From contig MU058337.1 in NCBI GenBank assembly GCA_013265495.1, positions 6,926,716-6,990,715 on the forward strand: 64,000 nt of DNA, read 5' to 3'. The notes under the pieces are model-generated. The model saw only the letters and a list, made by a program, of their open reading frames with translations. It was not told the origin of the DNA and did no database searches. Both the position numbers and the translations under genes were made by a program. This document shows positions 24,853 through 39,124 of the stretch, piece after piece; positions within the stretch are counted from its first letter, which is position 1, and each line of letters opens with the position of its first letter. This stretch comes from Vicugna vicugna. Its lineage: Eukaryota.

Positions 24853-25022
24853 AGGGACAGATCCAGCTTGTCTAGGGCCTGAAGCTCCTACAATTCTGAG
24901 CCCTCTTTAAGAAAACTAAGAGAAAATTTAAAGATCAAGTTAGCACAGGGCCTTGGGAAGGGCCCCTGCCATGGGCAGGTCCTGAGTGTGAGCATCGGTG
25001 ACTTGCGGTGAATCTGCTCCTG
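24853..25022. mobile_element. MER53-like hAT MITE
   Basis: gggcctgaagctcctacaatt...ccctctttaagaaaa...cagggccttgggaagggcccc...gtgaatctgctcctg. Confidence 0.7.
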
Positions 25023-27466
25023 CCTCATGCCTAATGCCCAGACTCCCAGAGGGTCTTTTCCCTCTCTGGGGTCCCCTGCTGTGTCTTCCTGAATGTCAGA
25101 TTCCTCCCTCTGAGATGTTGGCTGGTCATCATCTTGTTTAGACTGTTAGAGCTAATTAAAGTTAACACAGGGTTACCTTAATGTGGTGTCTAGGAAGGCC
25201 TGTGCTGTGCCTTCTGACTCTTCAGTGGAAAAGGTCCCTTCTCCACTGTCTCCCTAACACATGAGTGAAACTGAAACAAAAATCCCAAAGGATTTACATG
25301 GGATTATGGTTTGGTTTATTTTTGCTATGCATGAGCAACAGAGCATGACGGTGTGAAAGTATATTCTATTTAGATTATCAGAAGGAATTGGTGCCCTTGT
25401 GTACAGTGAACTTCAAAAAACACTTCAGCTTTTCCTGTTAAGAAAGAATTTTGGGGAGCTATTTTACCTAAAGCCTTTTAGAATAAAGGCTTTTAAACCA
25501 GTTTTGTTTAACAAACAAAACTTCCTAACAGAAATGAAAAATGGTTTCCTGATAGCCAACAAATGTAAAGCAGCACATTTAGGTAGTTATCCCAATAATA
25601 TGTGCAAAGTGAGTTCTGTAGCAGGAAGAAGGGCATGGAGGAAGGAACCCTAGAATCATTGTTTAGTCTGTGTCTTTGATACTTCAATGAGAAGTCTTTC
25701 CTTGCGGGGAAATAATTGATGACACTGCCAAGGACGAGATTGCATTTGGGTAAAATGGCCTCTCTCTTCCTGCTGCGCCTTAGCCTTTGGAACCCCCACT
25801 ACATTGTCCCATCCTCTGGGCAGCCACCTGTCCCATGGGTGCCACCTGCCACCTGGGTGCTGCAGAATTCTACCCCCACTCCCCTTTTCACTGTCAGTGT
25901 CTGCATGTGAATGATCTTAGCTAGATTTTAGGCTCTTATCTGATTAAAACATTCACACCATGGTATAAATAGCTTACAGAATTGTATCTGTCAAAGGGTA
26001 TTTGCACTTTAGAGGGGAGTTGATAGCGCTGCAGATTATGGAAGATTTTGGAGCAGTCTGTCATTAAATTGCATTCATTTCCAAACTGCAGAATGAATAG
26101 AGTTTGTATGCCAGCGAGTCTCTGTGTGTGTTTGGATTTTTCTTTAGATTATAGGAAGAGAATATTTTTACCTTATTTTTCTTTCTTTTTTTCTTTTTTT
26201 TCCTCCAGGTTGGCAATGCTTTTCTGTGTATGGTTATCTAGTGATTATCTAGTGCAGAGTTCAAATGTGTACTTTGGGAGGGCATGAGATTTTAGTGGTG
26301 GCCTTCTCTGATGGGTCTTGCCACCTGTAAGGTTCCAAACTCCCAGAAAGATGAACTTGGGAAACTAGCACCTTGCTTGAAAAGGTTGGCTCCTGCTCTT
26401 GTGAACTGAAAATATGTGCAAATTGCATCACCAGGCCTAAAATCCTGGGGCCTTGTAAAGAAAGGGCACTGAGATGTTGCTTTCTCATTCAAATCCATGA
26501 CGTGCTGCTGTTCCTCAGTGCTTAGAACCAAGTGCTGTATCTTAAGAAGGACCTAACAGAACAGGAGAAAATCCATAGGACTGACTATTAAAAGGACCGG
26601 TGCATACTTATAACTTAAAGTTGGTGGGTAAGAGTCCCTTCTATGTATGTTTTCTCCCAGAGCCTTCAGTCAGACCAGATCATCCTGCATTTTAAATCTG
26701 ACTTGGGGGGAACGAGTAGGGTAGGGTATTGAAGGCAAGCAGAACTCTTGAATGTTTTAGCCACTCCTGAAAAGTGGACATCATTGTCTGATTTTTGGTT
26801 TCCCTTTTGCACTGACTGGAGTCGGGTTTCACCAGGTCTTCTTCGCCAGATTAATAAACGAGGGCACATCAGTGGTTTCTGGGAACTTGGATGCAGGAGA
26901 GCTGATGCTGAATTTCTGTTTTTAGTTTTCACCCTTAGAATTCAGCCACCTTTTAGGATAGGCTGTTGTGTTACAGAAGGATGCAGGTGGCTGTCCAAAT
27001 CCTACTCTCTTGTGACCGGTGTTGTAAAACAAGTGGAAACTCTGATAGTTTCTGCAGATGCATGTTTATCTGAAAAATGCTGGGCACTGTCCAAAGGGAA
27101 AACAGGCAGTAATGGTCTCAATTTTAAAAACAACCTCTCGCTGTACCAAAACTTTAAGACCTTTTTCATTTTTGTAATTTCTAGTTTCCCTCTGTTCAGA
27201 AACAAACATTTTTAAAAAAATCATGAAGATAAGTTTTTGGACTGCTTTGTTGTCTGTGCTGCAACCCCAGACATGTAGGACTTGGCTGGAAGCAGGCAGT
27301 TAAGAGACTTCAGGAGAAGGCCAGATGATCTTGAAAGAAGCAAGAGAGTTCATCATTTAAGAATTCCTTCTGTTGGGAAATGAATTTTTTAAAAACTTTA
27401 AAACTATTTTTGCTTTTCTTATTAAAAAAGAGTTGTTTCGTTATCCTTTCCTGGGCCATCTTCCAG

Positions 27467-27512
27467 CGTGCGTGTGTGTGTGTGTGTGTGTGTGCGTGCA
27501 CATGCATGTGTG
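27467..27512. repeat. Imperfect (TG)n / alternating purine-pyrimidine tract
   Basis: cgtgcgtgtgtg...tgtgcgtgcacatgcatgtgtg. Confidence 0.85.
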
Positions 27513-30500
27513 TTCATAAGTTGCTCTTATGAACCTTGTTCTGGGCCACATACCCAACCCTCTAAGCCTGTGAACAACAAGATTAATGAGTTGGAAAGAC
27601 TGTTGAAAGAACTCAGAGAATTGCCACAGTAGGTTTGAGAGAATACTTAGGTCATTTACTTCCAAAATACACAATGTATGGCCTTCAGTGCCAAAGTCTT
27701 GAATGTGGGTTTGGGTTAGGTCTTTTTATCACAAAAGTAAAAGCAGGAGTTGATCCATATCTTTGACTTCCTGTCCACCCTGTTGTCTGTGGTTAAGTAA
27801 TTTACATAACAGAACTGTTTCTAAGCTGGAAACTCATTTAGAAGAGAGCCCTAAAGATGAACCTGGTTGCTCAGATCCCTAGGCCTTGGAGTGTCCACCA
27901 CGATGGATGGTCTGCCCCTACTCCTCTCTCCATTACTATTTTGGAAGTAACGGAGGATACTCTGAATGCACTAGGAGAGTTTGTGTGCCTAGAGTTTATG
28001 CAGCTGGAGTATTAGCAACTGTGCAACCTCCCTTGAAAGGATGTTACTCTTATTGTATCAGGTTGGAGATAGACTGGGAAAATCTCAGCTGTGTGGGGAG
28101 TTCTGGAGGTTGGTCCAGAAGAAGAGGGTGCTGACTAGGATATGTTCCCTAAACCACAAGTTTTTTTCCAAACGTCATGAGTCTTACCAAGTCTCTTGGG
28201 TTGGAAACTTGTGAAGTATTTTGGCAGCTTGGCGTAGGACTCTGCCGGCGTGATTCAGATAGGAACCGAGGCTGGGTGTGCTGTAAGTTCACTTGAGGTT
28301 CAGAAGAGCTTATCCCATCGGAGACAGGCATTTTCCGTTTTTCCGTCTGCCTGGGCACATGATCAACCCTTAATTGAGACCAGAGGGTAAGCACAATAAG
28401 AACCACGACCGTGGGGTGGTTTCTACTTTCAGGGGCTTCCATTTCATTTAGTGAGATGAGATGTGTACATGGAGATGCGTGGGTGCCCTTGACCTCGCCG
28501 CACCCTGTGTGGCTTTTGTCTGTGACGTATCACCTCACCCCTGCCCTGCAGTTCCATCATATACCGGGGCCCCACGTTAGCTGTTCTTGGCTATGACTCA
28601 CTCTCAGAGGGCCAACCAAGTGCCAGGGAGATGTGGAGAAGGATGTTGGATTGGGTGCTGTGGTGGAACTTTCATCACCATCCTGGGATGTTCCTGGGGT
28701 TTGTAGCCCATCTTGGAAAAGCAGACCAGCCTCTGCCTCACAGTCCGAGAAACTCCTCAGGGCTTTAGCAAAGAGGATTCTGGAGACTTCGCAGGGATTT
28801 GTCAGCAGAGGGTGGGCTGGGCCAGTACCACACCTGGGAAGAGCCCTCTCTCTACCCAGCTGTGAGGTTGCAAAGTGGCGTGCTTCCCAACTGTTCTCCC
28901 AAGATCCCACGTGGAAGTGTCTTCTATTTAACAAAGATGCACAAAATCAGGGGGCATCTGGATTATCGTTGGCTACCCAGGACCTACTGTCTCACCCTAA
29001 TGAGTTGTGACTCGGCAGTGCACAGAGACAGACAGGGAGAGTGAATTCTCAGGAAGAAATGGTGGAGGCTGAGCACTGCAAACCCTGGAAAATCATCTGA
29101 GGACAGAGAGGTGGGCCCTGTGGATGGAGGGTGGGAGGAAGTGTGGAGAGAATGCCGAAGGATGGCAGGAGAGTGGGTGGTTTTGAAGACCAACTTCTTT
29201 CACGTTGTTATCGACCTGTTTTTATTCCACGTGTGGCAAATAAGAACCTAGTGGTCACCCAGGAGACATGTTATCAAAGCCCTTGAGAGAGGTCCCCTTT
29301 ACAGAGTGTTTTAGGCAAAGCAACTCTGAGGGTTCAGCTTGACTGAAGTTAAACACAAGGTTTAATTTAGAAGTTTGAGCCAAATTTTTGAGTTCTTTTT
29401 TTATCCCGAGTTTTCACATTGTTCCTGTTTAAGGGTGGGGAGGAAACAAGAGGAAAGTGTGGAGTCATCTCTGCAGGGCCTGAGCAAAGCGATTTCACTG
29501 CCTGTTCCCTGCAGTCACAGAGATGCATGGCCCCTCAGGTAGCAGGGGCCAGAGCCCCACCGAGCAGGTGTGTTCTAGAGTGAGTGCCCCGTGCAGGCCT
29601 CTTTCCTGTTCAGAGGTTGTGGGAAGGGGAACATACATCTTTTCTTGTTTTCTTTCTGTTAAATCAGCTGCAAAGTGAGTACAGATCGGGCTTAGCACAG
29701 ATGGAGTTTCTTCTTTTTTCGTGAAATGCTTGTGCTGTCTGCTTTACCACTGGCAGAACAACTTAATTTCAAATTAGTATTATAATAAAACATAAGCAAA
29801 GACTCACATAGGAAATTAGGCAGTGTGGTCATGGTCATTATTCTGTAACCCACAGCCCGTGACCAGTGTGGACAGACCTTGGCCAGGTTGCTTAACTTCC
29901 CTGAGCTAACCTTCCTCTTGTGTAAAGAAAGGTTTGGATTAGACTGTCTCTTCAAGGTCAGAAATTCTTTGACTTTAAAATTGATTATTGGAATATATGT
30001 AGATCATCAGGGAACTACAAAGCACAGTCCAGCAAGAGTATAGGATATAAATATATGAAAAATTAAATGACTGTGGAATGTTAGTCTTAATTTTAGCTCA
30101 GGATGCCTCTAGAAGGTGTAAGTCAGCTAATGGTGAATTGTTGTTAGTACTCGGGACCTGGAAAAAGGTGTGTGACCACTGTCCTATTTGGGTTGGTTTG
30201 TACCTTGGAAATAGTGTGGATGAGGTGGGTTTGTGGTAGTTACTAGTAGCACCTGTGTTATTCAGGGCCAGCATCTTCCTGGATGATGTCATACAATTTC
30301 ATTGTTTTAGCCACCACCTGCCTGCATGTGGTCTCCCAGCATATCTGCATCTGAAGCTCTGTTCTCATCTCCATACATGTGTGGCCACATGCCATTTTCT
30401 GCTTAAAACCCTCTGATGGCTTCCCATGTAGCTCAGGCAATCTTTAATACACCTGTCAGCGTGATCTGTACTCTGCTTATCCCACCGGGCTCAGCATGTA

Positions 30501-30699
30501 CTACTCTCCTCTGGACCACTGCTCTGAAACTGCATGGGCCATCTTTCACCTCCAGTTGGTGGTAACTATCCACCCATCATTGTGTCATACGAAAAGTTCT
30601 CCCAGGATGAGACCACTCAGGGTTGTGGTCTTCTGTATTCTTGTCAGGTTCCAAAAGCAGGAGTACTGTCAGCAGTATATGATTTCACCCTTTCAGGCA

Positions 30700-30830
30700 T
30701 CTGAGCTCAGGACCAGCCAGATGGAAGAGATGTTCCGGGTGAGGTACTGGGAAAGGGCACAGAGCTTCCCTATACTCTCCAATCTCGCCACTCCCCAAAC
30801 GTCCACATGTTCACCAACCCAGAAATTCCC
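30700..30830 (-). mobile_element. MER21-like LTR fragment
   Basis: ctcaggaccagccagatggaagagatg...aagggcacagagcttcc parallels 21958-22080. Confidence 0.6.
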
Positions 30831-32754
30831 TTTATTCTACTTTAAGAGCCAACTCAAACCCGCCTTTGCAAGACGTTAGGTGATCACCCATCAAGCCCTG
30901 TGAGCATTTGATTACCTTCCTCTTCGGTGCCCAAATGCTGGTCCTCAGACTATTCAAAGCTTTTTCTGATGTGTGTGTAAGTGAGAAAAATAAAGGAAAT
31001 GAAGTGCGTTTCTAAAAATTTAAAGGATTTTAGGGAAAAAAATCTAAGTTTGCCATCCTTAGTTTCAAGTATGTTTGTATGTGTGTGTTTTTATAGCCTT
31101 TCTTTATGAAACAGTGGTAGTGATTAATGTTATTTGGATTTTTTTTAAATTTGGATTTTGTATTTTCATATTATTGCTTGGTAAAATAAATGTTGGAAAC
31201 CAATGACAGTGCCCTGATAAAAAGAAATTGATAATATATGTGAAACTTCTTTGACAAAGTTGTGTGAATAAAGGATATCAAAAAGGTATCTTCCTCTGTT
31301 GCAGCTTGATGATACTAAGTTTGTATTGCCGAAAGTAATACCATAATTTTTCTTTAAGGTCAAACTAGTTTACTCCTTGAATTTTTGACGTAAGCAAATT
31401 CCATGTATTAGTAATCTAATTCTAAGTGAGAGAAAACATTTAATAAACTGTTTTTTAACAAACTATTTCAAATCACTTTCCCCATTTGAAATGATCACAA
31501 AGGGACCATTAGGTCACAAAGGGACCTTTTCTGCATTGAGCAAAGAGTATATTTGGCTCAAGCAGAGCTCTTTCTCCTTGCACTGTTGGAAAGAAAAACA
31601 CTTCTAAAATCTTTTCCCTGGCATTCATTTGGATACAGCACAAACAGCATGCCTGTTTCAGCATCTTGCACCTAGATATCTTTTTTTTTCACCATTTGAT
31701 TGCTTTGTTGCCTACATGTGTAAACCCTTGTGGGGAGTGGAAATTTGGTATAGTCATAAACTGGGCTGTGATTTTGTAGACTATTGTTAACACAGTGATT
31801 TTTGAGGCTACCTATCCCACTGCCATATTTTACCGCTACTCAGAGGGCACTCACATCTGGCTTTTAATCCAGTTGGCTGAGTTGGGAACTGGCTTTTGTT
31901 CTTGTTGTTTATTTTTTTAGTGTGTCCGGAATAGTGGGAAGGAGGGCACTCAGGACTGTACTGCTGTAAAGATTCCTAGTGAAGTTGTGTTCCTCATGGT
32001 CCCTGCCTTCCTTAACCCATCACAAACCCATCTATCTTCCATCATGGTGTTTGTCAGTTCTAGTTGCTTCTTTCCAAGACAGTTAGCCATTTGTATCTCA
32101 CTAGGTTGGTAGCAGGTTGGTTAAAATAATAGACACTCTTTGCATGTGAGTTATATACCTTTTGCTAGGAACAATTTCTAAAAAATTTCCACATCTCATC
32201 TCCCAAAGATTTCTGTGAAGTACATTGAAGGCAAATGTTACTCTGCTTATAGCACAAACACAGCAGTTATATGGCAGTTAAATCATCTCTCAGGTCACAT
32301 AACAAGATTATAATGAAGAGGTGGTTGCTCCAAGAAGTATGATTTTGGAGTTTCACACTTGTCCATAATGGACAAATTACCATACTCTACCCATCATTTC
32401 CCCAGGAATTTTGCAGATAATTGAAGGATTAGCAGATAATTCATTTTTACTTAGAATAATTATTTTTATTGCTGCATATGCTGTGGAAAGGAAAACTCTG
32501 CTTTAGAGTTCTCATTGAGAAGGCAGAATTCAAACTCCTGACTGCTGAATACAAGCCTCCACTTTTCTAGCTTTTTCATCCCCTTTTCCTTTCCCGGAAC
32601 CTGTGATGTTTCTTCACTGAAAGTCTAGCTGCTCCCCAAACACACCATGCGCTTCCAAGCCTCCAAACCTTTCTGTGTATGTAGTTTCTTTCGTCTTGAA
32701 TGTCTTTTGTTCTGTTCACTGCTTGACAAAATCTTGCTCATCCTTTAAAGACGT

Positions 32755-33050
32755 TGGTTTTCCAGGTGTGTTGCCTAGACTAGCAGCATCAGCACACCTG
32801 GGAGCTCTTTAGAGATGCAGAGTCTCTCTCGCATTCCAGACCTTCTGCAGTGGAGGATTGGAGGAAGGGAGACTGATAGCATCAGAGGAGGGACTTGGGA
32901 GAGACCCTGTGCCCTTAGAGGGCCAGCATTCTTGCCCGGACCTCCCTCCCTAGCTGGACCGTCCCAGAGAGGGTTAGAAGAGGGTCCAGCAGTCTGTGTT
33001 TTAACAGGCTCTCTGAGTGATTCAGATATGATGGAGTTCGGGAACCACCA
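32755..33050. mobile_element. MER5A-like hAT MITE with extra internal sequence
   Basis: agcagcatcagcacacctgggagct...gcagtctgtgttttaacaggctctctgagtgattc...gggaaccac. Confidence 0.65.
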
Positions 33051-33147
33051 TGTTCAGGTACCTTTCACATGGCACTTTGTCTCTGAAGCTTATCCTGAGG
33101 ATTCTGGAGCAGGTAGTCACCTCTCACTTTGAGGCACTTTTTCTTAC

Positions 33148-33620
33148 TGTGTTCACTAGTCAGGGTAGGCTAACTGCTGTAACCAAATGGCAGTAGCTTA
33201 ACGCTGGGTTTATTTCTCACTTGTGACAAGATCTCGTTGGGTGTACATTGGGAGGTCTTCCATGTGATGATTCAGGAATCTAGTTTCCTTACATCCATGG
33301 CTTCTCCCTTTCTGGGGCCTCCTCTGAGCTGCCTGGGGAGTCTGTGCTTTCACGGGGCCCCACAAGGAGTGAGAGAGAGAGAGAGAGCGCAAGCGAGCAA
33401 GCGTGTGTGCGCACACGCCAGCGAGCAGGAGCGAGCTGGGATAATTGGGCACCATGTTTTACAACTGCACCCAGACTTTGCTACTTCCCTTTTCTTATAT
33501 TCCTTTGGCCAGAATCCAATCACATAGTTTCAACCTAACTGCCAAGGAAACTGGAAAATGTGGTCTTTCTGTCTGCCTAGGAAGAAGAAACAGGAGATTG
33601 GGGAGCATCTATCCCAGCTC
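33148..33620 (-). mobile_element. MaLR LTR (MLT1J/K-like)
   Basis: agtcagggtaggctaactgctgtaac; ggccagaatccaatcacatag...cctaactgccaaggaaactggaaaatgtggtcttt. Confidence 0.7.
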
Positions 33621-33929
33621 TGTCCAGTAACAGTACAATTCCAGCCATATATATTATGCAAACATTTTCTAGTAGCTGCATTAAAAAAAAGTAAAAGGAA
33701 ATAGGTGAAATAAATTTTAATAGCACATTTTATTTAATTCAGTATATTCAAAGTATTATTCAGCATGTAATGAAAAAAAATTATGAATATTTTCCTTTTT
33801 TTTTATCCCAAGCCTTTGAAATCCATTGTGTATTTACTGTATTATAGAACTGATCTCAATTTGACCAACCAAATGTCAAGTGCTCAGTAGTCCTATGTGG
33901 CTAGTGGCCACCACAGTGGACATCTCAGG
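33615..33929. mobile_element. MER33-like hAT-Charlie element
   Basis: ttttctagtagctgcattaaaaaaaagtaaaagg...caagtgctcagtagtcctatgtggctagtggc. Confidence 0.75.
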
Positions 33930-35247
33930 TCCAGCCAGCCCCTGCCATGCTTGATACTGAAGTTACTTGTTTGCATCCCTGCATCTTCCTCCCCTATTGT
34001 TCCTCTGTGTTCCTCACCTGTCAGTCCTTGCACAGTGCCCTGTGGTTAAGAAATGCTTGTGAGTGATTGAGCAGGCAAGAGGGTTAATGCATGAATCAAC
34101 TAATCATGAATGGATTAATGAGTAAATATGGGAGAACATTCCTCTTGGCTCTTTTAACTACTCTAACGAAAGTTCCTAAGACATTCTCTTTTGTGATAAG
34201 TGCTAGTTGTCACAGTATGACAAAATGAATGTCACAGTAGAAGAATAAGCTAAGCCCAGTTAGCTGTGACATTAATCCGTGTATCACTGAATTGCAGAAA
34301 GTCTGAGCTGAAAAGAATTTGACCATCACATAGTTTGGTGTCCTTATTTGATGAGCATGGGCCCCTGAGACAAGTGGAGACTTGGAGGTGGCACATCAGC
34401 TCCAGGGAGCCAGCTCTGCTGACAATTTTGGTTGATTTAACTCTATTGTAATAAATCTGAAGCCCTGTTACTCCCACTACCCCAATTAATGAACACATAT
34501 TATAGTATATGCTGCAGTTATTTCAAAATGAGATGTTAGGGAAAGTGTTAACATAGTCTCAATTTTAAAATGTTGCCAAACAATTTTTTTGCTTGTTTCA
34601 CTCCTTTTCTTTAAGTCTTAAATTAGGGGCCAGTAAAGCTTGTGAAAGTTTTATAAGGCCAATGTACACATCTGAGTAAGAGATTGTATTTGAAAGGGAA
34701 GTAGTAGTGCATTGAGACTGTGATATTGGATTAGGGATATTTTTTTCTTTACTGGCCTGATTGAGGTGTGGAGGATGCATATGGAGGATGTCACTTTGGC
34801 ATCTTATTCCTCTCATGGCAGGAAGAAAGGAAATCCTTAGAAATGCATGTTGACTTTCTCTAAACAGATTGCTTCATTGCTTTTGGTTAGCTACCATAAT
34901 GGTCACAAAATTGAAGTTGAATGAGAGCTTGTAACTCACCTGGCAAACAAGATGTTTATGAAGGGATTCTGGGCAACAAAACCCTAGGGCTGGTTTTGTT
35001 CTACATTCTCTTCAGGAAAGTACACCACTAAGCACCTGTTTCACTGTGTGATCATGCCATTAAAATAATTTGAGAGATGTGTGAAGCTTGTACTGCTCCT
35101 TTCTCATTGGCTTGGAATTGAAAGGCGTTTTATCTGGGCAGGGGTTGGGGAGGAAGGTAGCAAGGAAGGTGGGTGTGAAGGGTGATCCTGGTGGAAGAGC
35201 CCACCTACAGAGTTGTGCTTTCCCAGAGAGTCCAGCTAAATGGAAAT

Positions 35248-35297
35248 GATCAATCACTAGTGAGTTGAAACCGATCAATCACTAGTGAGTTGAAACC
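35248..35297. repeat. Perfect 25-bp tandem duplication GATCAATCACTAGTGAGTTGAAACC x2
   Basis: Direct reading; each unit contains the palindrome TCACTAGTGA. Confidence 0.95.
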
Positions 35298-35520
35298 TGC
35301 TGTGGCGTTTCAGTAAGGCCAAGGTGTGTGTACAATGCCTGGAGGACAGTAAACTTTTTGGCCTCATCCCCACCCCACCCTCTGCTTTCAGCAACATACC
35401 ATCATCTGTGTCATACCTGTAAGAGATATATCTGGGAACCCATCCATGTTTCCTTGTATGGGGTCTGGGCTTAAACATCGTGGGTGTTCCTCCTGTATCT
35501 TTTATGTTATTAAATTAAGA

Positions 35521-35680
35521 TCGGTGCTTCTCAGACATAGGTGAAAGCCTGCAGCATAGGTGTCACCTGGGGGGCTGTGAAAAATACAGATTCCTGGGTC
35601 TCAGCTCAAGACTCCCAATTTGGAAGTTCTGGGTGGGGTCCTGGATCTGTATAATGCAGAGGTGAGCAGGCATTTGACAG
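35521..35680. mobile_element. MER5-like MITE
   Basis: gtgcttctca...tcacctgggggg...aaaatacagattcctggg...gggtggggtcctggatctg. Confidence 0.6.
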
Positions 35681-36409
35681 GTTAAGATCAGAAGGTGGTA
35701 GGGGAACATTCCAGACCCATGGACAACATTTCTGGGAGCACGGAGGAGGGTGTGAGGAGCAACACAGTCCGTGTTCTTTGTGCATGAGATTCGAGGCATA
35801 GGGTGCTGAGGAGGGCAGGGAGACTGCAGTGGGTCTGTGTGCTGTGCCATCCCTGCAGGCTGTGACATGAAGGGTTGTCACAAGTTTGCATGTGGGGAGA
35901 CTGCCCTGCCCTGGGAGCCAGGTCTCCAGGTTATTCTGTTTGTTCCTTCCTTCCTTCCTTTGGGGGATTAAAATGAGAGGAAATGCTTTGCTCTCATATT
36001 TCCGTCTTCCCTCACTCTGTTCCATGTTTTGGACAATTAAGAGGTTTCACCTATGAGTGAACAAGAAAATAAAAGAGGTTTCCATAGAGTGAGGTTTTGG
36101 TCCTTTACCCAAATTGTGCCTGTATTCAGTTAATGTTCTAAGGTATAAGAACTTATGTTGCATTTGAGTTTTAAATCTTTTAAGTTGTGGATAATATCTG
36201 AAGATCTGGTTGGTCACTTGTGGGCCAGTTTTCAAATAGATGTTGGTTTTATCTTTATGGCCAAGGCAAATGAAAATGAACCCTTATTAATCTGATTAAG
36301 GTGTTTTGCCACATAGCAGCCCTGTGACCTCGGACTAATTCCCCAACTTCCATGCCGTGGTTTCCTCATCTGTAACATAGATGGTAGGGGAGCAATGCAC
36401 TACATCTCA

Positions 36410-36637
36410 CCATGTCAGCCGTATTGAAGCCTGAGGCAAAAAGAAAAAATATCAGTAGTACTGATCTTATCTTTATTTCAAGTTTTGATTTGTTTACCAT
36501 GACTTTTTTGGGGATATTAACTTTGATTTTATTTGAGTATTTCATTAAATTTTATTTATCTTGATTACTGAGGTTTTAGCACTATCTTAAATTCTATTCC
36601 TCAATTGACTGTCTTACTTAACTCATCCCAGCCCTGG
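36410..36637 (-). mobile_element. MER96B-like hAT-Tip100 MITE
   Basis: gcctgaggcaaaaagaaaaaatatcagtagtactgatc...tatttatcttgattactgag...cccagccctg. Confidence 0.65.
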
Positions 36638-39124
36638 CCAGGGAGGAAGTATTGTATATGCATTAGCTGCTTTCTAGATACAATTTTTAAAAAATTCCCA
36701 AATAGTAATAAATGGCTTTAGAAGTTTCAAAAAATGTGTTTAGTTTAAAATAATTCATGCTTATTAAGGGAAGTCTAGAAAGTATAGCTAAGTAGAAAAT
36801 AGGGAAAATAAAAGCCTTTGTTCCATACTTCAGATACATCCACTATTAACAATTAAATTTCAGTTTTCATTTCTTATTATTGTCTATTCTTATATTTTCA
36901 AGCCTAGAAAACTCTCCAGTATTTTTTTTATTTTTGGCTTCCTTAAGGAGATACATGTTTGAAAAGGAGGTAAAATTATGTTTGAAATGAACTTTAAAAT
37001 ATTCCGATCTACTTAATTACTAGCTTTCAGATTAATTTTGAAACAGCTCCAAAGCACAGTAACTGTGTGGACTTAGGGTAAAAGTTATTTAATTTATAAG
37101 AACACCGGTTTCTGTAAACATACCTCCTTCTAGTGTTATTATTGTTAAGGGTTACATTGAACTGAATTAAATGAGAATGTATGTCGGGTGCTGAGCACAT
37201 AGTAGGGACTTGGGGATGTTTTCCTTGCCCACCTCTGCCAGACCCCAAGCCACTCTCTTCCTTTTCCTCTCCGTTCTGTGTGAAATTCCTGTGACAGTTA
37301 CTTAAACAAATAAATAAATACTGACTTCTGGATTTAGGTCTTGGCAAAGCACTAATGGATGTGTGTGCCTAGAGAGTTACTAAATGCTTCATGTAACATT
37401 GGAGCCTCGTTTATTTTGTATTTATTTAACCTGCTGTTTTTGGATGGACAGAGGGACTTCAAGATCTGGCCCCTTTTTGTGGAAAGTCCAGTGGAATATT
37501 CATAGCCCCTGGTGCTCTGCTTTTCAGAGCTTGATTAGACATTGCCTTCTCTCTTTTAACCACACCTCGTGGAAGTTTTTTCCCTTGTGTGGGCAAGGAA
37601 AGCTGAAGCCCATTGTGTTGCACATGTCATACTTTAGAAACGTAGCAGAAGTAACTCTGGACTATTCAGCAACTCCATCACCACCACCACCGTGTGTGTG
37701 TGTTGATTGGCAGTGAAGGGAAGCTCTGATGGCCCCCCTTCCGTGACATTTGCCTTCCCCCCACCTACCTTGTTTGTACCTCCCTCCACCTCTGATCACC
37801 ATTACTTGTAGCTTATCTATGAAAAATTCATTTAGTTTAGTTATGTATTTTTATAAGCACTCTGGGGGAAGGTTTGACTGGTCAGGATGTGTTGTCCAGG
37901 AATAACGTTTAAACCCCCTAAAGCTGTCAGCTTTGTTTTCTATTCCTTGTCAGTCTCTTAATTTCACAAAGGAAATCAGTCACAATGAGCTTGGAAGAAG
38001 TGGAAGGCCCTCACTGAGGTAGCAGGATGGGAAAGGATATATCATCTTTGCCGCTGATGAGTTTATCTTATGGAAGGGACATAATCTAATGCTTTTTAAA
38101 AGAGGGGACTTCCCAGTTATTGTTAGGGAACTGGTATTATTATAAATTATCATTGTCTTTTAAATGCAAGCTAAATTTAGCTGAAAGTGCTAGGGGGAGA
38201 CTCCATACCCTCTTTGCCAAGTTTCCTCATGCAGGGTCTGCCCCTTGCTGCCTGGGGGTGATTTCCTTTTTGCAGAAGTAGGTGTGCAGTGTTGGCTGGA
38301 CTGGTTCTCTCCCCCCCCCCCACCATGTCAGGGGGCTGATGGCCATGAACTGTGACACTTAGGAGTGATCAGAGCCATGTGACCTTTTCCAGCTTGTCCC
38401 ACTTCTGTTGTCTGTACATCAAGATGGTCCTCTGGTTTCGCACCATATAAACACTAATGAAAATTAAATTAACGTACACAGAGACTTCATAAACCCTCAG
38501 TTTGGAGGGTGTTTATTTGCATTTTTCGTTAAATTGTTTTGAGAGATGGATATGGGGAGTGAAAGAATGGACATTTTTGTCTTCCATTTACAACGAATAA
38601 GGCATTTGAAAGAAAAATGTTAGTGCCTTTAAAAAAAAGCTTTTGTTTTTCTCACCAGGCACATTCTCTGGCCCTTAACATTTGTCAGGTGGTGAGGAAA
38701 GTTAGAAAATTCTAACTTCGTGTGAACTCCCTTGATGCTTGGGTTGGTGACAAGTCAAGTCAAGGTGAGGCAGTTTCATCATTTATTCTATAAGCAAACA
38801 CTTATAGATTGCCTGCTGTGTACACAGTACATAACCATCACCCCTCCCTGCGCTCCCAGCTGACGAGAGGAGATAAAACTCTCTGGAGTAGCTCCAGTCA
38901 AGGTTGAGGCTGCAGCAGGCTGGGCTTTGGTAGCTCAGGCTGCAAGTTTCATTTCCTGAGAAAAATCCCAGGCACATTATGTTTTCCTTGGCTTTGTAAA
39001 TTTCCATCTCTAAAACAAATCATGGACGCTGCTGGCTGAATGATCATTATTGTGATTAAAATAAATGGTTCACAGAAAATCTGTTGGTGTCCAGAGTGTA
39101 AGAGCTCTGTATCCAGACTGAGGG

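Noticed and set aside
35248..35297. 25-bp palindromic direct repeats as a CRISPR-like array
   Set aside because: Only two abutting units, no spacer, no cas genes, mammalian intron
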